A stretch of DNA of 32,000 bases from positions 1 through 32,000 of the forward strand of contig NZ_FNLK01000010.1 of assembly GCF_900105015.1 (NCBI RefSeq), in the 5' to 3' direction. Made by a program: the position numbers and the translations under genes. This document shows, in pieces, positions 8,601-16,159 of the stretch; position 1 is the stretch's first letter; every line of letters starts with the position of its first letter. The notes beneath the pieces were generated by a model, which was given only the letters and a program-made list of their open reading frames with translations, had not been told where the DNA came from and did no database searches. The stretch comes from Schaalia meyeri (GTDB lineage: Bacteria; Actinomycetota; Actinomycetes; Actinomycetales; Actinomycetaceae).

Positions 8601-10196
8601 GGCGCGGCAAAGATCCGCCTGCGTTCCCTCGACGCGGCCATCACCGAGCGCGCCTCGCCTCGCCCCGCCCCGGGCCTGGCCGCGGCCGGGAGGGGGGCAG
8701 ACGGCGCGGAACCGGTGGATCTGGCCCCCGCCTGGTCCGTGGGCATCGTCTCCGGCGCGGTCGATACCGCCGCCCTGCGCGACCCATCGGGTCAGGCCGC
8801 CCGCGAGGAGCAGGCCGGCCACATCCAGCCGCGCGCCGTCTTTACCGAAGAGATGCGCCAGGCCGGCTATCAGATCCTCGCGCCCCAGATGTCGCCCATT
8901 CACTTCCGCTTCCTGACGCCGCTGTTTGCCCAGGCGGGCCTGAAGGTGAAGGTTCTGGAGCACACCAGCCGCGCCTCCATGGAGGTGGGCCTCAAGTATG
9001 TCAACAACGATTCGTGCTATCCGGCGATCGTCGTCATCGGACAGCTGCTTGAGGAGTTTATCTCCGGGCGCGCCGACCCCGACCGCACCGCCGTGGGTAT
9101 CACCCAGACGGGCGGCATGTGCCGCGCCACGAACTACGCGGCGCTGCTGCGCAAGGGATTGCGCGACGCCGGATACCCGCAGGTGCCCGTCATCGCGCTG
9201 TCCGTCCAGGGCTTCGAGGACAATCCCGGCTTTCGCCTGGGCGCGGCACAGATCCACAAGGCCATCCAGGCCTTCGTCATCGGAGACGCCATCCAGTCGA
9301 TGCTCCTGCGCGTGCGCCCCTACGAGGCCCACCCCGGATCCGCGATGGACCTGTACCGCACGTGGGACGGATACGTCCAGGAGTGGATCACCACCGGGCG
9401 GGTCGAGGCCCTGGGCGGGCGCACCTCGTATACGAAGATCATCCGCGAATGCGTGCGCGCCTTCGACTCCCTGCCCCTGCGCGATATCCCCCGTAAGCCG
9501 CGCGTCGGGCTGGTCGGCGAAATCCTGGTCAAGTTCCATCCCGACGCCAACAACCACGCCGTCGACGTCATCGAGGCAGAGGGCTGCGAGGCGGAGCTGC
9601 CGGGCCTCATGCAGTTTTTCCACAACTCGACGGCGACCGCCGCGTGGGATAAGGAAAACCTGGGCATCGACGGTAAGCAGCGCTACATCATGCCGATCGT
9701 GCTGTGGGCGCTCAAGAAGTACGAGAAGCCCGTGCATCGCGCCTTCGCCTCCACCGGCGGCAAGTTCGAGGCGCACCGTCCCATCGAAGAGATGATCGCC
9801 CGGTCCCAGGACATCGCGCGCCTGGGCAACCAGGCCGGAGAGGGCTGGTATCTGACCGCCGAAATGGTCGATATGATCGAGCACGGCTGCCCCAACATCA
9901 TCTGCGCCCAGCCCTTCGCGTGCCTGCCGAACCACATCGTGGGCAAGGGAATGTTCCGGGCGCTGCGCAATCGCTACCCGCAGTCGAATATCGTCGCAGT
10001 CGACTACGACCCCGGCGCTTCGGAGGTCAATCAGCTCAACCGCATCAAGTTGATGCTGGCCACTGCCCTGCAGTCACCGGACGTGCGCGATGACGGCGTC
10101 TTGCACCTGGTGGACGCCGAGGAACCGCCCGGGGGTGCGGGCGCCGTCATGCTGGGCATGCCGACCATCCCCCGCAGGAGGGCCGCGTTCCGCTAG
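5628..10196 (+). CDS. fused acyl-CoA dehydratase activase-related protein: two BadF/BadG/BcrA/BcrD (HgdC-like) ATPase domains plus 2-hydroxyacyl-CoA dehydratase-like (DUF2229-type) domains
   Basis: There are two ASKHA ATPase starts, GIDVGSTTVKAVVLD and GIDAGSTTIKAVVID. Each has cluster-ligand Cys contexts (NGTCAGGTGAFIDQ/ASRCGVFAKSD and NEACSSGCGSFLQT/GTRCTVFMNSS). A Cys motif CRLCQNHCQ...NRCERG follows, then long dehydratase-like regions. A low-complexity linker is encoded at about 8650-8830. Confidence 0.88.
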   Translation: MTTQRPQDAPRPYQLGIDVGSTTVKAVVLDGNRRLFSDYRRHNADVRASLGALLADVERALPDARVHAAITGSGGLTTARAMGIPFVQEVIAGTEATQRLHPEVDVVIELGGEDAKLTYLHPTPEQRMNGTCAGGTGAFIDQMATLLHTDAAGLGELATRHTQLYPIASRCGVFAKSDIQPLINQGAAHEDLAASIFNAVATQTIAGLACGRPIRGTVMFLGGPLHFLPALREAYKTLLPKADAFVTPDDAQLYVAIGAALLAEKEAAKKRRQADEARAASLDSHGDRLTSLMDRLAAAPVQVESPRMDPLFASPKDREEFMERHGRDVIPKASPEAAQGRCWLGIDAGSTTIKAVVIDSEDRIVFTHYASNEGDPVAAAVDIVRAVRGALPQGCEIGRSCSTGYGEGLVKSALTMDEGEIETMAHYRAAEFICPGVTSVIDIGGQDMKYLRIRDHAVDSISVNEACSSGCGSFLQTFAQTMGTDVHSFARMAMESSSPVDLGTRCTVFMNSSVKQAQKEGADVRDISAGLSYSVVRNALYKVIKLKDPSDLGERIVVQGGTFLNDSVLRAFELLTGRRVVRPDIAGLMGAYGAALTARMHDSGEGTSSLATVESLEDFSVETTRKTCRLCQNHCQMTISTFSNGERHVSGNRCERGASLERVPKKSNLPNLYDWKYKRIFGYRRLTEKKAFRGDIGVPRVLGMYENYPFWFTMLSALGFRVMISGRSNHDLFETGMESIPSENVCYPAKLVHGHIESLLDKGLTTIFYPCVDFEQKLTEGDNSFNCPIVATYPEVIRNNMERLAEPGVRFISPFINFGNRDYLPAHLSKTFKEYGYDIPVDEMKAALDKAWEEDAAVKAEIRAKGAETIAWMRENGVRGIVLAGRPYHLDPEINHGIPEVIIGLGMAVLTEDSIVDARLERPLRVLDQWTYHSRLYEAAARVGDEADLAMVQLNSFGCGVDAITADQVQEILEGRGDVHTVLKIDEVSNLGAAKIRLRSLDAAITERASPRPAPGLAAAGRGADGAEPVDLAPAWSVGIVSGAVDTAALRDPSGQAAREEQAGHIQPRAVFTEEMRQAGYQILAPQMSPIHFRFLTPLFAQAGLKVKVLEHTSRASMEVGLKYVNNDSCYPAIVVIGQLLEEFISGRADPDRTAVGITQTGGMCRATNYAALLRKGLRDAGYPQVPVIALSVQGFEDNPGFRLGAAQIHKAIQAFVIGDAIQSMLLRVRPYEAHPGSAMDLYRTWDGYVQEWITTGRVEALGGRTSYTKIIRECVRAFDSLPLRDIPRKPRVGLVGEILVKFHPDANNHAVDVIEAEGCEAELPGLMQFFHNSTATAAWDKENLGIDGKQRYIMPIVLWALKKYEKPVHRAFASTGGKFEAHRPIEEMIARSQDIARLGNQAGEGWYLTAEMVDMIEHGCPNIICAQPFACLPNHIVGKGMFRALRNRYPQSNIVAVDYDPGASEVNQLNRIKLMLATALQSPDVRDDGVLHLVDAEEPPGGAGAVMLGMPTIPRRRAAFR

Positions 10197-10230
10197 GCCG
10201 CAGCAGCCGCGCACTCCGCCTTTACTTCCC

Positions 10231-10266
10231 TTGACGTACTACGACAGACGTGCTATGTTTGTCGTA
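10231..10266 (+). promoter_or_regulatory. candidate promoter plus inverted-repeat operator of the PadR operon
   Basis: TTGACG (10231-10236), a 17-nt spacer, TATGTT (10254-10259). The inverted repeat TACGACA (10240-10246) / TGTCGTA (10260-10266) brackets the spacer and the -10. Confidence 0.45.
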
Positions 10267-10313
10267 TGGTTGGGAGTGCCCAGCCACGGCCTCGTGAACG
10301 GAAGGAGGAATCG

Positions 10314-10643
10314 ATGATCAGCGCCGACGCGATCAGGGGATACATCGACCTCATCGTGCTGGGGCTGCTGCGCGAACGCCCGTCCTACGCCTACGAGCTG
10401 GCCAAGACCATCAGCCAGGTGTCTCAGGGGCAGTACGCCATCAAGCAGACGACCCTCTACTCAGCGCTCAAACGACTGGAAGGGCAAGGGGTCACCGAGT
10501 CCTACCAGGGCGTCTCAGAATCGGGCAAGACCCGCACCTACTACCGCCTGGGCCCCACCGGCCAGGCCTACCTCAACGACAAGATCGCGGAATGGGCCGA
10601 CACCAAGAACCTCGTCGACCGCTTCGTGGAAGGAAGACAATGA
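10314..10643 (+). CDS. PadR family transcriptional regulator
   Basis: ATG 10314 follows GGAAGGAGGAATCG. The winged-helix signature is IDLIVLGLLRERPSYAYELAKTI...TTLYSALKRLEGQGV...RTYYRLGPTG. Confidence 0.88.
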   Translation: MISADAIRGYIDLIVLGLLRERPSYAYELAKTISQVSQGQYAIKQTTLYSALKRLEGQGVTESYQGVSESGKTRTYYRLGPTGQAYLNDKIAEWADTKNLVDRFVEGRQ

Positions 10644-11749
10644 TGGAGACCATCGATAATTTCCTCGACGCCATGTTCGCACCCTACCCAGCCTCGACAC
10701 GACTGACCGACGCCAAAGTCGAACTGCGCGCCATGATGGAGGACGCCTACGCCGACGCCATCGCCTCCGGCATGACGCACAACGAGGCGGTCGGCCGTGT
10801 CATCACCGACTTCGGAAACCTCCAGGAGATCGCCCCCGTCCTCGGTATCGCCGACGACCTCACCGCCGTCAACGGGGCGCCCCAGCCGGAGGCAGCCCCC
10901 GCGCGGGCCGGGACCGACGGGACCGGGACCCCGAGCAGGCCCCGCGTCACACTGCCCGAGGCGCAAGAACTCGCCGAAGCGCGCAGGCGCGGGGCCGCCA
11001 GCCTGGGACTCAGCGTCGCCATCCTGGTCTCGACGGGCATCCCCATGTTCGCGCTCCGGGGGCTGACGGAGGTCGGCCTCGTCCCCTTCAACGAGGACAC
11101 GGCCACCTTCCTGGCCCTGGGTGTGGACCTGCTGCTCGTCGCCCTCGGCGTCATCATGCTGCTGTCCAGATCCCGGTTGTTCGCCAACGTCAAACACCTG
11201 GTGAACCTGGAGTTCACGCCCGACCCCATCGTCACGGCGTGGGCGGCCAGGCTGCGCCTTGAGCACGAGGACCGGCGTATGCGGCGCCTCACCATCGCCG
11301 TCGGACTGTGGATCTGCGCGGCGCTGCCACTCGCGGTGGTCCAAGCGCTGCCACCCATCGGCATCGGTATGGACGTGCCGGCGGGCGCCGACAACGGGAC
11401 GCTCAACGGCGGCGACCTGTTCGAGCTCGCCCTGGCGCTGTCGGTGGCGCTCGTGGCGCTCGGCCTGTGGATCTTCCTGCCCGCCAACTGGGCCGTGCAA
11501 ACGCAGCAGACCCTCATCCGCGAGGGCCGCCAAGAGTACGACTACGACGAAGAGAACTACCGCGACCCCGTCATCGGGATCGTCGCCAGCGTCTACTGGC
11601 CGTGCGTCGTCGTCGCCTACTTCGTGTGGGGGGCCGTCTTCGACCAGTGGGACAAGTCGTGGGTGCTCTTCCCCATCTCAGGACTGCTGTTCGGGGTCTT
11701 CGCCGCAGTGCGGACGTCGATCCGCCGCGCCAAGGCCGGCCCCCGGTAG
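10640..11749 (+). CDS. membrane protein with a PadR-associated N-terminal helical domain (DUF1700/permease-prefix-like)
   Basis: ATG 10640 overlaps the PadR stop (ATGA). The N-terminus METIDNFLDAMFAPYPASTRLTDAKVELRAMMEDAYADAIASGMTHNEAVGRVITDFGNLQEIAP is typical of sensors encoded after PadR genes. Several hydrophobic TM segments follow. Confidence 0.75.
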   Translation: MMETIDNFLDAMFAPYPASTRLTDAKVELRAMMEDAYADAIASGMTHNEAVGRVITDFGNLQEIAPVLGIADDLTAVNGAPQPEAAPARAGTDGTGTPSRPRVTLPEAQELAEARRRGAASLGLSVAILVSTGIPMFALRGLTEVGLVPFNEDTATFLALGVDLLLVALGVIMLLSRSRLFANVKHLVNLEFTPDPIVTAWAARLRLEHEDRRMRRLTIAVGLWICAALPLAVVQALPPIGIGMDVPAGADNGTLNGGDLFELALALSVALVALGLWIFLPANWAVQTQQTLIREGRQEYDYDEENYRDPVIGIVASVYWPCVVVAYFVWGAVFDQWDKSWVLFPISGLLFGVFAAVRTSIRRAKAGPR

Positions 11750-11756
11750 GCGGTGC

Positions 11757-11802
11757 CAAAAATGCGCGGCACCCGGATGGGCCCCACCCGGGTGCCGCGC
11801 AT
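11757..11802 (-). terminator. rho-independent terminator for the GH2-like gene
   Basis: A perfect 15-bp stem: ATGCGCGGCACCCGG (11762-11776) / CCGGGTGCCGCGCAT (11788-11802). On the minus strand it is followed by TTTTT (the complement of AAAAA at 11758-11762). It lies 38 nt after the stop at 11840, between convergent genes. Confidence 0.7.
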
Positions 11803-11839
11803 CCCCACCCGGGGGTGGCAGGGGCGCCCGCCCGGGGCT

Positions 11840-13450
11840 TTACGCCGGTGCGGGCATGAAGCCCCGCCCGATTTCAAATCCCGCCGGAGCCCAGCCCGTG
11901 CCGTACGACAGCCGCACGGACACCTCCCGCATCCCCGAGGCCGGCCACTCCACCGGGAAGAATCCCGTTTCGCCGGGCGCGACGTCCAGGAACGCCGGAT
12001 ACTCCCAGGTCACCTGGCCGTCCTCGACGATGCGGCACAAAAACTCCAGGTCGGACGTCGACGTGAACGTCATGCGGTTGCGCACGGTCACCCCCGAATA
12101 AGACGGCGCGACCGACACGGGCGCATAGTGCAGCTCTTTGCCGCGCACCCTGTCCAGCTCCGGGAAACCGGTTCCCGTGTATTCGGGGCGCGTCGGATCC
12201 AACGCGCGGGTGAGGGAATCCTGTGCATCGCTCTCGCCCACGGCCCACGCGATCACGCTCGGGTGCGCGCGATCCCTGCGAACCGCGGCCTCGATCGCCT
12301 CGTCCCGGGCCGCGCCGGCACCATGCATTGTGGAGGCGCAGTCGATGATGTACAGGCCGTACTCGTCAGCCAGCTCATAGAAACGCGCGTGCGCGGGCGC
12401 GTGTGACACCGCGACCGTGTTGACCCCGTTGCGTTTGCACCACACGACGTCCTCCAGCATCTCGGGCAGCCCGACCGCCAGGCCCGTGCGGGTGTGGCAC
12501 TCGTCGCGACGCACTCCCCGCAGGACCAGCGCCCGCCCGCCCAGGCTCACGTCCTTGGGAGAGGCCACCAGGTCGCGGAAGCCGATCCGCAGAGCAATCG
12601 TGTCTTCCGTGCCGTCCTGGTCCCCCAGCGTCACCACCAGCGTGTACAGCGCGGGTTCTTCCGCGCTCCACCCAATCACGTTCAGCCCCCGCGCCGTCAG
12701 CTGATCACCGGGCGCGCCGACCGCTGACCACAGCTCCTCCTGCTGGGCCTCGCCCAGCAGAGCGGCGCGTACGCGAACACCCCCCGACGCCTCAACAGCC
12801 AGTCGCAGGCTGCCCGATGTCCCGTCGTGAGACGCCACCGGGAAGACGTCTCTGAGGTGCGCCGGGGGCCGCGCCTCCAGCGACACCTCCCGGAACAGCC
12901 CGTGGCAGCACACGGGGGAATCCATCAGCAGCACGCTGATCGCGTGCGTCTGAGTCGGCTCCAGCGCCTCGGTCACGTCGAACGCCGCGGGAATGAAACC
13001 GTCCGGGCAAAAACCGACGAAGGTCCCGTCGACCCACGCGTAGAGGGGGCCCGAAAAGCCGCCGAAAGTCAGGGCCATCATCCACCCGCGTTCGCCCGCG
13101 TCCTTCAGCGGCGCATCCAGCGAAAACTCGCGGCGCAGGATCGAGGCGCGCACCCGGTCGCCTAAAAGCGGCCGATCAGCCCGTGCGCGACTGAACAACT
13201 CGGTTTTCTCGCCCGCCTGTGAACCGTCCGACTCCAGGACGCCGGGAACGGACGTCGCTTCGAATTCTCTCTGGAGGGGAGCGCGCTCAATCAGCTCGGC
13301 GGCAGTGCCGACCACGGCCCGCACCTGCCAGGTGCTGGACAGCATCTGGATCGGCCGACGTGACCTCCACGTCGCGTGGACCTGCAGGCGATTCACCGAG
13401 GCTCCTGGGTCCCGCAGCCACGCGACGTCCGGTTCCAGGATGTGCATCAT
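11840..13450 (-). CDS. glycoside hydrolase family 2 (beta-galactosidase-like) protein, truncated and active-site-degenerate
   Basis: It is collinear with the LacZ N-terminal, sugar-binding and TIM-barrel regions (WLRDPGASVNRLQVHATW; LTFGGFSGPLYAWVDGTFVG; LVLRGVRRDECH; VAVSHAPAH..YELADEYGLYIIDCAS; AHPSVIAWAVGESD). It is only ~536 aa. The segment carrying the LacZ nucleophile (ILCEYAHAMGN region) and the C-terminal domains is missing. Start is ATG 13450 or 13447; TTG 13459 is also possible. Confidence 0.6.
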   Translation of the reverse strand: MMHILEPDVAWLRDPGASVNRLQVHATWRSRRPIQMLSSTWQVRAVVGTAAELIERAPLQREFEATSVPGVLESDGSQAGEKTELFSRARADRPLLGDRVRASILRREFSLDAPLKDAGERGWMMALTFGGFSGPLYAWVDGTFVGFCPDGFIPAAFDVTEALEPTQTHAISVLLMDSPVCCHGLFREVSLEARPPAHLRDVFPVASHDGTSGSLRLAVEASGGVRVRAALLGEAQQEELWSAVGAPGDQLTARGLNVIGWSAEEPALYTLVVTLGDQDGTEDTIALRIGFRDLVASPKDVSLGGRALVLRGVRRDECHTRTGLAVGLPEMLEDVVWCKRNGVNTVAVSHAPAHARFYELADEYGLYIIDCASTMHGAGAARDEAIEAAVRRDRAHPSVIAWAVGESDAQDSLTRALDPTRPEYTGTGFPELDRVRGKELHYAPVSVAPSYSGVTVRNRMTFTSTSDLEFLCRIVEDGQVTWEYPAFLDVAPGETGFFPVEWPASGMREVSVRLSYGTGWAPAGFEIGRGFMPAPA

Positions 13451-13504
13451 ACGGCCCAAAGTACCATTTGCCGATTAGTCACGGAAGGGCATACTTTGCA
13501 TAAA

Positions 13505-13550
13505 CACATATAAATGTGCCTTGACATGCGCATTAGATGCGGATGTCAAG
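13505..13550. promoter_or_regulatory. two adjacent palindromes (operator-like) in the AT-rich region upstream of the GH2-like gene
   Basis: The first is CACATATAAATGTG (13505-13518). The second is CTTGACATGCGCAT-TAG-ATGCGGATGTCAAG (13520-13550), where 13 of 14 arm positions are complementary. No U-tract follows on either strand. Confidence 0.4.
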
Positions 13551-13751
13551 CCGGAGAATGACCGCATCGTGGGATTATTTGTCCTAACAGGCGGACAAAA
13601 AGACGTATTGCGCCGGCCGCGGGGGGCGGCGCCAGGAACCCCGGCCTCGTCGCACGGCGCGGACCCGGCCGGGGTGGGCCGACGCGCACGGACGGACTAC
13701 GGCCTGAGGGGGCCGGCGCACGCGGTCGGCTCTCCGCCTGGCGCCGGGATA

Positions 13752-15752
13752 CTACATCGAGGCGGACTCGCGATCCGAGTCGCGCGAAATCTTGCGCGCG
13801 AAACGGTACAGCAACCACGAGGCGCCGGCGAAGAACGCGACACCCAAGACGTTCGCGACGGGCGTGTAGCCCTGGCCGATGAAGGGTAACGCGAGCGGCG
13901 AATCCAACCCCGTCGCGCCCGCGATACCCGCGTAAACCACACCGAACAGGGATTCGCCCACGATCAGGCCGGTCGCGGCCAGCGTGCCGAAACGCTTCGC
14001 GCGCTCCGCGTCAGCCTGCTTTGACGCCCACCTGTTGTAGAGGAAGCCGGCCAGGCCGCCGATCGGGATCAGGATCGTCAGCGCCGCGGGCAGGTAAATC
14101 CCCATGCCCACCGCCAGCGGAGGCAGAGCCAGCTTGCCCTTCGACGCGGGACGCGCCACCTCGTCAATGACGATGACGACGACGCCAATCACCGCGCCGA
14201 TACCCAGCAGCTTCCAGTCGATGCCGCCGCCCAACACGCCCTTTGCCAGCGACGAAATCAGCGAGGCCTGAGGGGCCGCTAACGCGTCCGGACCCGCGCC
14301 GGGCGCGCCCTGGAAACCAAACGAATTCTGCATCAGCTGCAGCACCGGCGGAATGACCAGCGCGCCGAAAACAACGCCGATGATGAGGGCAACCTGCTGC
14401 TTCCAGGGGGTCGCTTCCACCAGCTGACCCGTCTTCAGGTCCTGCAGGTTATCGTTTGAAATCGTCGCAATGCAGAACACGATCGCCGACGTAAACAGCG
14501 CGAACGCGATCAGCGCCGTATTCTCTTGCACGGTCGCCCCGCGACCGTGCACCGCCAAAATGACGACCGCCGTGACCACGACAACCAGCAGGCCCACGCC
14601 CGACACGGGCGAGTTGGACGCGCCAATCAGGCCCGCCATGTAGCCGCACACCGCCGCAACCAACAGGCCGGCCAGCAAAATGAACAAGACCGACACCGCA
14701 ATCAGCGTGGCCGTATTGTGTTCGATCTGAGTGCCGCGAATAAACCACCACAGCAGGCCGGCGATCGGGATCATCGCCGCGACGATCGACACGATCACCC
14801 ACGTGCCCGGAATATCCTGTTCCGTGCGTTCAATCTCCCGGCCGACGTCCCCGGCCCCGCGCGAGGCGCGCAGCGACTCTTTGATGCCGCGGGCGATCGG
14901 CCCCATGATTTTTACGAGCGTCCAAATGGCGGCGACCGCCATGACGCCGGCACCGATGAAACGCACGTCGTTCTTAAAGATGGTGGACAGCGCCTCCGTC
15001 AAATCCTCCGCGTCTTCGACAGAGCCGTCAGCGTACAGAGGCAGCAGGACCCCGTAGGACAACAGCATGCCGATCAGCATCGCGATGCCGACCGTCATAC
15101 CCACCAGGTGGCCCACGCCGACGAGCGCCAGCGACAGCGACGTCGACAACATCGTGCCCGTCGAACCGATCTTGAGGGCGGCCCCCACCTCGGAAGCCGT
15201 GACCTTCAGGTAGCCGAGCAGCGTCATCGCGGCGGACGCCAGCGCGCCCCACGTGATTGCCAGCAGGCCGCGCTTGTTATCCTGGCCGGCATCCTTCGCA
15301 TCGCCGACCTTCAGGATTTCGGCACCGGCCACGCCCTCTGGATAGGGCAAATCCGAACCCGTCACCAACGCGCGGCGCAGCGGAATCGAATACATGACGC
15401 CCAGCGCACCGCCCACGGCGCACACAAACATGGTTTGCCAATACGGAAACCCGCTCCACCAACCCACGATCACGAGGCCCGGCAGGACGAAAATGACCGC
15501 CGAAAGTGTGCCGGCAGCGGACGCGATGGTCTGAACAATGTTGTTCTCTTGAACCGTGTGATCGCTCCAGAAGCGCAAAATCGCCATCGAAATGACCGCC
15601 GCCGGGATCGACGTCGCGAAGGTCAGGCCGACCTTCAGACCCAGGTACACGTTTGCCGCCGTGAACACCAGCGTGATGATTCCGCCGATGACGATGCCGC
15701 GCAAGGTTAGTTCTTTGAGCGACGTTTGCTTGATCGCATGTGGCGCAGACAC
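13752..15752 (-). CDS. OPT family oligopeptide transporter
   Basis: GTG 15752 is preceded by GAAAGGA and 5 nt. The sequence LRGIVIGGIITLVFTAANVYLGLKVGLTFATSIPAAVISMAILR and about 16 hydrophobic segments are typical of the OPT superfamily. The 52 codons upstream in ORF 13752-15908 look like non-coding read-through. Confidence 0.88.
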   Translation of the reverse strand: MSAPHAIKQTSLKELTLRGIVIGGIITLVFTAANVYLGLKVGLTFATSIPAAVISMAILRFWSDHTVQENNIVQTIASAAGTLSAVIFVLPGLVIVGWWSGFPYWQTMFVCAVGGALGVMYSIPLRRALVTGSDLPYPEGVAGAEILKVGDAKDAGQDNKRGLLAITWGALASAAMTLLGYLKVTASEVGAALKIGSTGTMLSTSLSLALVGVGHLVGMTVGIAMLIGMLLSYGVLLPLYADGSVEDAEDLTEALSTIFKNDVRFIGAGVMAVAAIWTLVKIMGPIARGIKESLRASRGAGDVGREIERTEQDIPGTWVIVSIVAAMIPIAGLLWWFIRGTQIEHNTATLIAVSVLFILLAGLLVAAVCGYMAGLIGASNSPVSGVGLLVVVVTAVVILAVHGRGATVQENTALIAFALFTSAIVFCIATISNDNLQDLKTGQLVEATPWKQQVALIIGVVFGALVIPPVLQLMQNSFGFQGAPGAGPDALAAPQASLISSLAKGVLGGGIDWKLLGIGAVIGVVVIVIDEVARPASKGKLALPPLAVGMGIYLPAALTILIPIGGLAGFLYNRWASKQADAERAKRFGTLAATGLIVGESLFGVVYAGIAGATGLDSPLALPFIGQGYTPVANVLGVAFFAGASWLLYRFARKISRDSDRESASM

Positions 15753-15777
15753 AAATATCCTTTCGCTGCGTTGGTAC

Positions 15778-15794
15778 CTACCCTGACAGGGTAG
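15778..15794. promoter_or_regulatory. perfect 17-bp palindrome just upstream of the OPT transporter start
   Basis: CTACCCTG-A-CAGGGTAG lies 26-42 nt upstream of GTG 15752, between the SD and any promoter. Confidence 0.4.
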
Positions 15795-16159
15795 TGCATC
15801 GATGCTTCGGACCCAGTAGTGCGCATGGCGCCCATCCGCGCTATCACGTCGGTTGTGATCCACAGAGGCGCGGCGAGGATGGGCGGATCCTGCCAGGCGG
15901 CCCCGCAACCGATCGGGCCGTATTTCCGCCCGATGACGCGCCCCGCGAGCTTTCCCGTGCCGACATCGACGGACGTTGCATGCCTGTATCCCTGGCGTGG
16001 GGGCGGTTCGGAGCGTTCGCGCTCAGCGTGCACGCCCGACGCACCTGCTTTAGGTGCTGGGGTCGGTTGAGGGCGCCGCGGCGGCCCGCGTGGGGGCGCG
16101 ACCTGGTTTTCGCGCGGGGGTCGGTTTGGAGGTGGCCCATGTGCCGTTTTGAGCCGGTT

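Noticed and set aside
7605-9935. A 776-aa ORF on the minus strand opposite the activase gene. Similar long antisense ORFs occur at 1231-2790, 5583-6482, 6540-7571, 10568-11533, 14526-15710, 18781-19835, 19636-20562, 22602-24215 and 24986-27172.
   Set aside because: These are typical shadow ORFs of GC-rich coding DNA. They have Arg/Gly/Pro/His-rich nonsense composition and no motifs, and each fully overlaps a gene with clear family signatures on the other strand.
13578-13599. The inverted repeat TTTGTCC-N8-GGACAAA as a terminator for the OPT gene.
   Set aside because: The T-run precedes the stem on the minus strand and an A-run follows it on the plus strand, so it fits neither orientation as an intrinsic terminator. 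It also lies about 150 nt from the OPT stop.
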